A stretch of 63,761 nt of DNA from Octopus bimaculoides (taxonomy: Eukaryota): contig NC_068987.1 in the NCBI RefSeq assembly GCF_001194135.2, positions 7,732,540-7,796,300 on the forward strand. The letters run 5' to 3'. Shown here one piece after another: positions 12,025-22,680 of this stretch. The notes below the pieces were generated by a model that did not search any database, had not been told where the DNA came from, and saw nothing but the letters and a program-made list of their open reading frames with translations. Every line of letters starts with the position of its first letter. Within the stretch, counting starts at the first letter, position 1. The translations under genes were made by a program, and so were the position numbers.

Positions 12025-14249
12025 CCTGAATCTGAAAATGTGATTTCTGTGGTCTTCGGCGCTTTACAAGAATTCTGAAGCTGATAGCAACATCATTTGT
12101 AGAGGCTGCTGCTGCTACTACTACTACTACTAGCAAATATTTTTGTTGTAAATCTCATTGTTAGCAGCGAGTGTACTTTCCGAAATGCACAGCTTACATC
12201 GCACCGCGGCTGCAACCACCAGCAGGAATCTTGTGACAGTTAAAAGCTTACGGACATTGTCCCCGGCTGCAACTGATGACCATTGACTCGTAACCTATTC
12301 AAACTGAAGATTCCGGTTATTGAGTTAACCTTTTCAAGTCTAAATGGCCTTACCCAGAACCTTTAATGGGTCTACATAGTTATCTATTGTAGCCGTTTAA
12401 CTGCAAAATCGTTTTAGACAATAACATGGCCTTTTCAAGTACATAGCTTCTATTGGTAGATGTTAAACTGGACATTGCTTAGGGAACCATGGTAGCTGTT
12501 AAAATCCTCTTGTCATTAGGTTTAAAGCCTTTGTCCGTTTTCTTTGATGCTTTGCTGCTAACAGATCTTAGAATGGCTGCTTGAATAGTTTGTAAGATCT
12601 GTAAAACTTTCACCTTACCTGTGAGGTAAACTTGTCAAGCTTACAAGAACCCACGCAGAAACATTGTTTCTGTGTGCATGTGTTTCTCCCTTGACCCCTG
12701 CCACCCCTTCCTCCTTAAAAATCTGGTGTCCGGTGTGTTCTAATTAACCGATCCTGTTTGTGCCTACTGACAGAACTTATATCAATGATGACGATGGTGA
12801 TTATGACGATTTTTTTAACTTCAGTTATAAGGCCATGAGGAGTGTACCCAATTCAACTGACCATTCTCCACCGTGGAAGAATGACCAATTTAAAAAAACA
12901 AAAAACAAAAAAAGATAAAAATGATCCTTGGTGGAATGAGAACTCATAACTTAAAGGGATTTAATCATTGTGAAATTTGTCCAGCACTGTCCTGTTCCTG
13001 TCACCCACCCAACCGTTTGCGCTGATTCTACAACCACCACCTCCATCACTACTCTCACCTCTACCGTCTCTTTGGCACTACTACCATCACTAACAATATG
13101 ACTGCAAACATCCTTACTACTCTTCCTATTATTATTATTATTATTACTAATCGGTTCCACTACAACTATTTATTTGACTTTGCCGGTGGGACTTTAACTA
13201 CGGCCTGTTCTCAAGCAGTTACGTACTATTGGTGAAATGATGCGTGTTGCCAGCAGATCTGGATTTTGGAAAAAAAAAAAAAAACTGGATTAAAATTAAC
13301 AAATATATGAATAAAAAACAACTAACAATTAGTAAAAAATGCACAATGAAAGCTGCCACCATGATAAATAAAGGGAGATAATAAATTTATTCCATATTTC
13401 GGCTTTGATGATTGATCAGTGCTTGTTAAAGATGAAAGATTGGTCAGAGTAATTATTTTTCTTTGTCTCTCTTTGTTTCGCATTTTGTGGGGAGTTTGGG
13501 GCTTTCATCTAATTTTTGCTTTATTTATATTTAAATGACAATGCTTCATGTACAAGGTCAATTTCTTTGTTTTTTTTTTTTGTTTTTTTTTTCTCTCGTT
13601 CAAAGTTTCAAAATTTTATTTTTGTTTTGTGTTTCCATATTCATCCTTATTATGCCCCTCTGCCTTCAAAGAAATAAAAAAAAAAAATCATTTCCCTTCT
13701 ATTTTTGTATTTTTAAAAATTTTTATGTATATATATATATATATATATATNNNNNNNNNNNNNNNNNNNNNNNNNNNNNNNNNNNNNNNNNNNNNNNNNN
13801 NNNNNNNNNNNNNNNNNNNNNNNNNNNNNNNNNNNNNNNNNNNNNNNNNNNNNNNNNNNNNNNNNNNNNNNNNNNNNNNNNNNNNNNNNNNNNNNNNNNN
13901 NNNNNNNNNNNNNNNNNNNNNNNNNNNNNNNNNNNNNNNNNNNNNNNNNNNNNNNNNNNNNNNNNNNNNNNNNNNNNNNNNNNNNNNNNNNNNNNNNNNN
14001 NNNNNNNNNNNNNNNNNNNNNNNNNNNNNNNNNNNNNNNNNNNNNNNNNNNNNNNNNNNNNNNNNNNNNNNNNNNNNNNNNNNNNNNNNNNNNNNNNNNN
14101 NNNNNNNNNNNNNNNNNNNNNNNNNNNNNNNNNNNNNNNNNNNNNNNNNNNNNNNNNNNNNNNNNNNNNNNNNNNNNNNNNNNNNNNNNNNNNNNNNNNN
14201 NNNNNNNNNNNNNGTCGCTTGACAACTGATGCTGGTGTGTTTACGTCAA

Positions 14250-14635
14250 AGAGGAATTCTTTGGGGTTTGAATAATTCACCTTTGGAAACATGGGTGTTT
14301 TGCTCAACATCCTTAAACAAATCTTATTCAGGAACCTTTTGAGCAGGATGGTCCACTCGACCTGAAGAAAATTCCAACTGGGCCCCACATGCAAGGTCAT
14401 GTGTTGTTTATCTTGATATGAGATCACCGTGTCATGCACATATGGTTGCAATGCATGTGCCTGGTGTCCCCTTATCAGACGGGGAGTCATGCACATATGG
14501 TTGTGATGCATGTGCCTGGTGTCCCCTTATCAGACGGGGAGTCATGACGGGTGTATCAGGCTTCGTATATTTGTACCCCAGTGTCACTTTGATGGCATGC
14601 ACTGCTCTCTCACATAATAATAATAATAATAATAA
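14250..14635 (-). mobile_element. Interspersed repeat next to (TAA)n, with internal 55 bp duplication
   Basis: Abuts (TAA)n at 14615-14635; internal direct repeat 14431-14546. Repeat status is from recall; only one copy in the window. Confidence 0.45.
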
Positions 14636-14842
14636 TGGTTTCAAATTTTTCCACAAGGGCAGTAATTTGGGGGGAAGGAGATGAGTTGAGTACATCAACC
14701 CCAGTGTGTAACTGGTATTTATTTCATCGACCCTGAAAGGATGAAAGGTAAAATCCACCTCGGAAGAATTTGAACTCAAATCGGAGCAACAGGTGAAATA
14801 CTGTTAAGCATTTCATCCAGCACACTAACAATTCTGCCAGCT
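14636..14842 (-). mobile_element. tRNA-derived SINE family B
   Basis: Reverse strand has A box (ctggcagaa) and B box (gagttcaaattc), body tttcatcctttcagggtcgatgaaataaataccagtt; matches 18196, 23058, 55113, 62361. Confidence 0.85.
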
Positions 14843-15416
14843 TTTAACAACAATAATAATAATAATAAAAATAATATAAAGCAGTTGACATACCTGAGAT
14901 GCCCTGCTCTAGCGCAACAGTTCTCAAACTGACAAATTCCCTTCACTTCCAAGAAAAACAAAAAAAAAAATGAAGCTATTTGCTTCTCTCAGAGTTTGCA
15001 TCCATGTAAATCTTTCAGAACTATGGCCATAAAAAATGCCACTTCAAGCATATTGATTTGTCCTGTTTTCAATTCTCATAGCCTCTTCCCTTCTGAGAAA
15101 CATTTCCCCAGGGTGTCTCATTCGTAGAGAATATAGTTTGAGACTTTTAGTGGTCTATGTGCACCCTGGTTTTGTAAAGTGCAAATAGCTGCAGTGTTTC
15201 TTGAAGGAGAATTTGAAAATATATATTTCACTAGTTTACCTGCATTTATTTACTGTGTTTCCTGATATACAAGCTGGAATGTTCAGACCAAGATTTACAG
15301 CCAAAAAAAAGGTAAGTCAACTTATACATGAAGACAACTCTGGAAGATCAAAAATTCCATGTGAAACACAGCAGGATTTGGAAAGATAATGGTGATGCTT
15401 GAAGGTTCACACTATA

Positions 15417-15645
15417 CAAGGTCTGATCAATAAGTATCCGGACTGTTGCCATAGTAACGAAGCTAAAGTATGCAGAGTAAAGGTGCTTGGCACAAATTGA
15501 CTTTGGACTCTGCTGTGTATACACACTAAGTTTTAACGTTCTAGCTCACTTCCGTTGTTTACAGCAGTGCTTGGAAGGACAGTGTGTAGCATGTGATCAT
15601 CGCATTGACCATAATAGAAAATTGAACAGAGAATCTGCATCAAAA
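15417..15645 (+). mobile_element. Mariner/Tc1 left end with start of transposase
   Basis: TA + caaggtctgatcaataagtatccggac TIR-like start; ends in gaacagagaatctgcatcaaa (EQRICIK, typical mariner N-terminus). Confidence 0.7.
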
Positions 15646-15701
15646 GGGTTCATGTTGCTGTGAGCCTTTTATTTTATTCACTTATTTATTTGTTCCTATA
15701 A

Positions 15702-16070
15702 GGACAAGCATGGCTGTGTGGTAAGAAGCTTGCTTCCCAACCACATGGTTCCAGGTTAAATCCCCTTCTGTGGCACTTTAGGCAAGTGTCTTCTGCTATA
15801 GCCTTGGGCCCAATGAAAGCCTTGTGAGTGGATTTGGCTGATGGAAACTGAAAGAAGCCTGTCATATATGCGTGTTTGTATGTGTGTATTTGTCTACAAC
15901 CAATGTTGGTGTGTTTACACACCCGTAACTTAGCGGTTTGGCGAAAGAGACTGTGAAAATAAGTACTCAGCTTTAAAAAAATAAGTACTGGGGTTGATTC
16001 GTTTGACTAAAAATTCTTCAAGGCGATGCCCCAGCATGGCCACAGTCTAATGACTGAGACGAAAAAAGAT
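15702..16070 (+). mobile_element. tRNA-derived SINE family A, full length
   Basis: A box tggctgtgtgg, B box ggttaaatccc, body ggcaagtgtcttctgctatagcc...ggaaactgaaagaagcc, internal TG/TA tract, tail ccagcatggccacagtctaatgactgag. Confidence 0.9.
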
Positions 16071-16441
16071 GTCGCAAACTGTCCAACCCATGCCAGCAGG
16101 GATGATGACGACAACGACAACAATGGTGACGATGATGATGACAATGACGATGGTAATGGTGATGATGTTGATGACGATGATGATGATGATGATAATAATA
16201 ATAATAATAATGATGATGACAATGATGATGGTGATGACGATGGTAATAGTGATGATGATGATGACGATGACGATGATAATGATGATGGTGATGATGATGA
16301 CAATGACGATGGTAATAGTGATGATGATGATGACGATGATAATAATAATGATGATGACGATGACGATGATAATGTCAACAATGATGATGATGATGATGAT
16401 GATAATAAAAATGATGATAATGATGATGATGATGATGATAT
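16071..16441 (+). repeat. Family C tail expanded into (GAT/GAC/AAT)n tract
   Basis: caaactgtccaacccatgccagca followed directly by degenerate (GAT)n. Confidence 0.85.
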
Positions 16442-16772
16442 TTAAGTGAATATTATTATTTTGGAGTCAGGTTTGGTAAAACTGACCATCTGGATTAAAA
16501 TTAACCTATGGTAGTAAGTCTCAGAGACAAAATCAGCTTATGGGAAGCCCAGCATCACATATGGGACCTAAGATGATTGTTTTTGGGGGTTTTTTGAGAC
16601 ATTTTTGGGGGTAAAAAGTGCCTTTTATGTGTCACGAAATATGGTCCCTTCAGAATGTTTCACACCCTCACACACAGGTTATATCAGTCTTGAAATACCT
16701 TGTAGTTTTTAGTCCCTGTTACGGCAAAACTACTTACCTGTAATCAAGAATTTAAAAACATTATTACTTTAT

Positions 16773-17985
16773 TAATTATCATTTCCAACTTGATTCGGCT
16801 ATGATGTTTTAGATGCTGGAGTCTGTGGTAATCATCCTGAGAAATCCATCTTCTTGCATGCTATAAAAGACATAGATTATATTGGTAGATGAAGTTTGGT
16901 TAGCGCCAGTGTTTGGCACTGTTGTATCATGTGATTTAATAATAAATTGCGAAGCGTCAGCAACAGGCAGCCAAGCACTGAAAGTCAAATTGAAAATCCA
17001 TCAAACAAATATAGTTTAAATCTGACTAAACAATCAGTGATGTCGCAAAAAGTGGGCAGGCTGTATATAAATTAGCGATTAGTGATGGAATCTGCCTCTG
17101 TAATGAATACTAATTAGCACATCCAACTTAATTGGTATGTGTTGTTTTGAATGTCATAGTCTGTGGCAATCATCCTGAGAAATCTCATAGAGATGTTCGT
17201 TACTATAAAAAGCGTTATATAGGTCAATGAAATTTCATCAGCACTGTGGTATTGCACTGTTATATCATGTGATTTCATCAATCATCATCATCATCATCGT
17301 TTAACGTCCGCCTTCCATGCTAGTATGGGTTGGACAATTTGACAGAGGACTGGTGAACCAGATGGCAACACCAGGCTTCTATCTGATTTGGCAGAGTTTC
17401 TACAGCTGGATGCCCTTCCTAACACCAACCATTCCAAGAGTGTAGTGGGTGCTTTTACGTGCCACTGGCACGGAAGCCAGTCAGTCAGTACTGGCGACGG
17501 CCACGCTCGAAATGGTGTATTTTACGTGCCACCTGCACAGGAGCCAGTCCAGGGGTACTGGCTACGATCTCACTCGAATGTCTTTTCACATGCCATTGGC
17601 ACAAGTGCCAGGAAGGCGACATTGGTAACGATCACACTCAAATGGTGCTATTTACGTGCCACCAGCATGGAAGCCAGACAGCTGGTGCACTGACAACGAA
17701 TGATGCAAAACATCATCAACAGACAGTCAAGCACTGAATGTCAGATCAAAAATCCATCAAACTGATATAGCTTAACACTGATTAACATTTAGTGATGTCA
17801 CAAAATGCTAGTGGGCTGTCTATAAATTAGCCATTAGTAACAGAAACAGCCTCTGTAATGAATATTAATTAGCACAACCAACTTAATTAGGATGTATTGT
17901 TTTGAGCTCCATAGAATGCGGTAATCATCTTGAGATATCATCTCATGGATACTAGGTGCTATAAAAGACACAGAGTACTAAGTTA
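16773..17985. repeat. Diverged 338 bp tandem repeat, about 2.4 copies, second copy split by a SINE
   Basis: Anchor taatta(g/t)ca at 16773, 17111, 17866; gtctgtggYaatcatcctgagaaatc at about 16821, 17159, 17914 (degenerate in copy 3); 755 = 338 + about 417 bp SINE. Confidence 0.9.
17279..17692 (-). mobile_element. SINE-like family C, long copy with internal tandem subrepeats
   Basis: (CAT)n tail, cgtttaacgtccgccttccatgc..., three ttttacgtgccac units. Confidence 0.9.
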
Positions 17986-18012
17986 ATACTTTTAGTAGAT
18001 TTTTAAGCCATA

Positions 18013-18177
18013 GGCGCAGGCATGGCAGTGTGGTAAGAAGCATGTTCAACCACATGGTTCCAGGTTCAGTGTCTCACTGTGGGACACCTTGGGTACGTGT
18101 CTTCCACTATAGCCTTGGGCTGACCAAAGCTTTGTGAGTGAATTTGGTAGATGGAAACTGAAAGAAGTCCATTGTAT
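18013..18177 (+). mobile_element. SINE family A, 5' half
   Basis: ggcgcaggcatggcagtgtggtaagaagc...ggttccaggttcagt...ggaaactgaaagaag. Confidence 0.88.
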
Positions 18178-18195
18178 TTAAGAATATATCTAATT

Positions 18196-18408
18196 GTAAG
18201 ATGGCATGCTGGCAGAAACGTTAGCATGCCAGGCGAAATGCTTAGCAGTATTTTGTCTGTCTTTATGTTCTGAGTTCAAATTCCGCCGAGGTCGCCTTTC
18301 ATCATTTCAGGGTTAATAAATTAAGTACCAGTTGCATACTGGTGTCGATCTAATTGACTGGTCCCCTCTGCTAAAATTTCGGCCTCTGTGCCTATAGCAG
18401 AAACGAAT
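18196..18408 (+). mobile_element. SINE family B, full length
   Basis: gtaagatggcatgctggcagaaacg...gagttcaaattccgccgagg...cctatagcagaaacga. Confidence 0.9.
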
Positions 18409-18734
18409 ATATCTTGCGCCATGTGTCTGTTAAATGATGATGAGGAGAACGTTAAACGATGATGAGGATGATGATGATGATGAACTAACAAAATAGAAAA
18501 TAATAAAACTGATTGTGCTTATCATCACCACCACCACCATCATTGTTATCATCATCATCATCAGCATCAGCATCATCACAACCACCATCATCATCATTGT
18601 TGTTATCATCATCATCATCATCATCATTATCATCATCATCACAACCATCATCATCATCATCATCATCATTCCCCGAGCATCACTGGACATCACTGTCTTG
18701 GGTCCTAGGACTTTTAAATCTGCTTTCCTGGTTT

Positions 18735-19053
18735 CCGTGGCATTTAACTGACCAAGGCCACAGCACTGCCCCTGAATGGGATGCCAGTCTGTTGCAGGGT
18801 CGAACTCACTCACAGCTGGTGGGTGGGGGTTTGAAACAACATGGAATGAAGTGTCTTGCCCAAGAACACAGTGCAGTGCACCACCATCTGAGTTTCCACA
18901 CAGTTTCCATCGACCAAATTCACTTGCGAGGCATTGGTTGGGCCTGGAAGACACTGGGCCTCTGCATCCTTGCCCCAAGGTGCCAGGCAGTGGGACTGAA
19001 CTAGAAACCACACGGTTGCAAAAGGAGCCCCTTAACCACACAAACATGCTTGC
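18735..19053 (-). mobile_element. Adjacent degenerate SINE D-like (18735-18895) and SINE A (18900-19053) fragments
   Basis: aatgaagtgtcttgcccaagaacac (family D core) followed by cagtttccatcgaccaaattcac...cttaaccacacaaacatg (family A, reverse). Confidence 0.7.
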
Positions 19054-19846
19054 AACTTCTCCTCCTCCTCTCCCCCCGCCTCCNNNNNNNNNNNNNNNNN
19101 NNNNNNNNNNNNNNNNNNNNNNNNNNNNNNNNNNNNNNNNNNNNNNNNNNNNNNNNNNNNNNNNNNNNNNNNNNNNNNNNNNNNNNNNNNNNNNNNNNNN
19201 NNNNNNNNNNNNNNNNNNNNNNNNNNNNNNNNNNNNNNNNNNNNNNNNNNNNNNNNNNNNNNNNNNNNNNNNNNNNNNNNNNNNNNNNNNNNNNNNNNNN
19301 NNNNNNNNNNNNNNNNNNNNNNNNNNNNNNNNNNNNNNNNNNNNNNNNNNNNNNNNNNNNNNNNNNNNNNNNNNNNNNNNNNNNNNNNNNNNNNNNNNNN
19401 NNNNNNNNNNNNNNNNNNNNNNNNNNNNNNNNNNNNNNNNNNNNNNNNNNNNNNNNNNNNNNNNNNNNNNNNNNNNNNNNNNNNNNNNNNNNNNNNNNNN
19501 NNNNNNNNNNNNNNNNNNNNNNNNNNNNNNNNNNNNNNNNNNNNNNNNNNNNNNNNNNNNNNNNNNNNNNNNNNNNNNNNNNNNNNNNNNNNNNNNNNNN
19601 NNNNNNNNNNNNNNNNNNNNNNNNNNNNNNNNNNNNNNNNNNNNNNNNNNNNNNNNNNNNNNNNNNNNNNNNNNNNNNNNNNNNNNNNNNNNNNNNNNNN
19701 NNNNNNNNNNNNNNNNNNNNNNNNNNNNNNNNNNNNNNNNNNNNNNNNNNNNNNNNNNNNNNNNNNNNNNNNNNNNNNNNNNNNNNNNNNNNNNNNNNNN
19801 NNNNNNNNNNNNNNNNNNNNNNNNNNNNNNNNNNNNNNNNNNNNNA

Positions 19847-19849
19847 CTC

Positions 19850-19891
<42 letters not shown>

Positions 19892-20036
19892 ACACTATAA
19901 CCACCACCACCACCACCACTTTTAATGTTACTACTACTACTAACACCACCACCATCACCACCACCACTTTTAATGTTACTACTACTACTAACACCACCAC
20001 CACCACCACCACCACTTTTAATGTTTCTACTACTAT

Positions 20037-20071
<35 letters not shown>

Positions 20072-20220
20072 ACACCATGACTTTTAATGTTACTACTACT
20101 ACTATTAACACCACCACCACCACCACCACCACTTTTAATGTTACAACCACTACTACTACTAATACAACTGGTCAAGATCATCATCACCACCACCACCACC
20201 ACCACCACCACCATGACCAC
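19847..20220. repeat. ACT/ACC-based minisatellite, 5 units of 48-66 bp
   Basis: ttttaatgtt anchor at 19921, 19969, 20017, 20083, 20134. Confidence 0.9.
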
Positions 20221-20672
20221 CATCTTCCCACACCAATAATACTAACCTCATTACTGTTTCCCTCCACAACCAGCTCCTGCTCATCATCCCTATACATGCC
20301 ACCCCTACGCAATCCATGTCAGAACACTAAGCCGTTGGCACTACAAAGCAATATTCTAATTTGCCATAACAAACCACAAATCTCTCTGTTTACATGCATG
20401 CAGCCATCCAGACCTGATTCTGTTTGTGTCTATGTATCTGTCTGCCAGTCTGTTTGTCTGTCTGTCTGTTCATCTATCAACCAATATCCATTTTGTTTCT
20501 CCTTTCTTTTTCCCCGCTACCAATGTTTCATTATTTCATCCTTATATATTTGTAATTATATATACATATATATACCTACCTACATACATACATACACACA
20601 CACACACATATATATATATAGATCCACAAAGCAAGCTTCTTACCACACAGCCACATATATATATATATATAT

Positions 20673-21062
20673 GTGGCTGTGTGGTAAGAAGCTTGCTTCC
20701 CAACCACATGGTTCTCTGGGTTCAGTCCTTCTGCATGGCACCATGGGCAAGTGTCTTCTACTAAAGCCAAGGGCTGACCAAAGCCTTGTGTGTGTATTTG
20801 GTAGATGGAAACTGAAAGAAGCCTGTCATATCTATATATATGTATATATCTATGTGTATATCTTTGTGTCTGTATTTGTCCCCCCCCCCCGTCAGCTGGT
20901 GTTGGTGTTTACATCCCTGTAACTTAGCAGTTCGGCAAAAAGATACAGATAGAATAAGTACTGGGCTTTAAAAGAATGAGTCCTGTGATCGATTTGTTCG
21001 ACTAAAACCCTTCAAGGTTGCTCCAGCATGGCGACAGTCATATTACTGAAACAAGTAAAAAC
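20673..21062 (+). mobile_element. SINE family A, full length, with inverted duplication of its head
   Basis: gtggctgtgtggtaagaagc...ctccagcatggcgacagtc...gaaacaagtaaaa. Confidence 0.9.
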
Positions 21063-21199
21063 ATATAAATATATGTATATATATACATATATATATATTA
21101 TAATACAAGGAATATATATACATGTATACACACATATATGTACATACTTACATCTACATGTGTATATATATGCATATCAGGGTACAGGACGTTAGAACA

Positions 21200-21490
21200 A
21201 TAAACTACAGACAACGGAACGAACACATAGGAAAACGGAAAGCCACTTGGAATATCCCTTCATCAGCTGTCTCTATTCTATCTAGACGTTTCGAAGATAA
21301 GACAGAACGTACTCTAGAATAGTCTCTTCCTGAGTAGTGGATCAACCCACTACACAGAGGATTCCAAGGTGGCAAACACAAACCAAGACAGGAAAAATTG
21401 GACAGTGAAAACAACATTCAAAAGCCGTACGGCCAAACGCAAATCTGAGGTAGAACGCTAGTAGTTTGTCTTGCCTTCACAGCGGCTGGA
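21200..21490. mobile_element. Possible Penelope-like terminal fragment
   Basis: Contains cttcatcag and acgtttcg motifs typical of PLE termini; not otherwise verifiable. Confidence 0.3.
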
Positions 21491-22451
21491 NNNNNNNNNN
21501 NNNNNNNNNNNNNNNNNNNNNNNNNNNNNNNNNNNNNNNNNNNNNNNNNNNNNNNNNNNNNNNNNNNNNNNNNNNNNNNNNNNNNNNNNNNNNNNNNNNN
21601 NNNNNNNNNNNNNNNNNNNNNNNNNNNNNNNNNNNNNNNNNNNNNNNNNNNNNNNNNNNNNNNNNNNNNNNNNNNNNNNNNNNNNNNNNNNNNNNNNNNN
21701 NNNNNNNNNNNNNNNNNNNNNNNNNNNNNNNNNNNNNNNNNNNNNNNNNNNNNNNNNNNNNNNNNNNNNNNNNNNNNNNNNNNNNNNNNNNNNNNNNNNN
21801 NNNNNNNNNNNNNNNNNNNNNNNNNNNNNNNNNNNNNNNNNNNNNNNNNNNNNNNNNNNNNNNNNNNNNNNNNNNNNNNNNNNNNNNNNNNNNNNNNNNN
21901 NNNNNNNNNNNNNNNNNNNNNNNNNNNNNNNNNNNNNNNNNNNNNNNNNNNNNNNNNNNNNNNNNNNNNNNNNNNNNNNNNNNNNNNNNNNNNNNNNNNN
22001 NNNNNNNNNNNNNNNNNNNNNNNNNNNNNNNNNNNNNNNNNNNNNNNNNNNNNNNNNNNNNNNNNNNNNNNNNNNNNNNNNNNNNNNNNNNNNNNNNNNN
22101 NNNNNNNNNNNNNNNNNNNNNNNNNNNNNNNNNNNNNNNNNNNNNNNNNNNNNNNNNNNNNNNNNNNNNNNNNNNNNNNNNNNNNNNNNNNNNNNNNNNN
22201 NNNNNNNNNNNNNNNNNNNNNNNNNNNNNNNNNNNNNNNNNNNNNNNNNNNNNNNNNNNNNNNNNNNNNNNNNNNNNNNNNNNNNNNNNNNNNNNNNNNN
22301 NNNNNNNNNNNNNNNNNNNNNNNNNNNNNNNNNNNNNNNNNNNNNNNNNNNGAAGTAGAGGCCAGGACAGAGGGGTAGATAGGAAGATAGAGGAAGACAG
22401 ATAGATAAATAGATAAAAAGATAGATAGATAGACAGATAGATAGATAGATG

Positions 22452-22680
22452 CAGAGTTTGACCACCTCCTGTACCTCCACCTTAAAACCATCATGGCATT
22501 TGATGTGGCTTTTTAAATCAGACAATGTTCTGAAAAGACACCCACATAGATTGCACCTCCGATTTGGACCACGAAGTACTGCAGATAAGTTCTGATCTTT
22601 GTGGATCTTAAAATGTCTTTTGAGGCCTCCATTAGATTTGCAAACCTTCTGGCATACATTGCGTTGAGAGGTGTGCACAG
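22452..22680 (-). mobile_element. LINE (probably RTE) 3' end encoding two degenerate C2H2-like fingers, with (TCTA)n tail
   Basis: RNVCQKVCKSNGGLKRHFKIH and CNLCGCLFRTLSDLKSHIKCH separated by a non-TGEKP linker; first Cys lost; runs into a simple-repeat tail. Confidence 0.55.

Noticed and set aside
13184-13195. 12 nt match to miR-278 (cggtgggacttt)
   Set aside because: The 3' half does not match and there is no complementary arm nearby
14894-14945. Minus-strand 52 nt exon (KGICQFENCCARAGHLR, CAG|gtatgt)
   Set aside because: Non-YAG acceptor after a poly-T run, and the sequence resembles a hAT-MITE terminus
16026-16445. Asp/Asn-rich ORF resembling an acidic biomineralisation protein
   Set aside because: It starts inside a SINE A tail, passes through a family C tail and is simply that element's expanded (GAT)n tail; no signal peptide or splice sites
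16773-17985. 338 bp unit as a decayed protocadherin repeat (about 113 aa; ATDYD resembles AxDxD on the minus strand)
   Set aside because: No DxNDN, LDRE or PxF motifs, unit length not a multiple of 3, and in-frame stops shared between copies
21250-21300. Hammerhead core words GAAACGUC and CUGAUGA on the minus strand
   Set aside because: Permuted order and stems I and II do not pair convincingly
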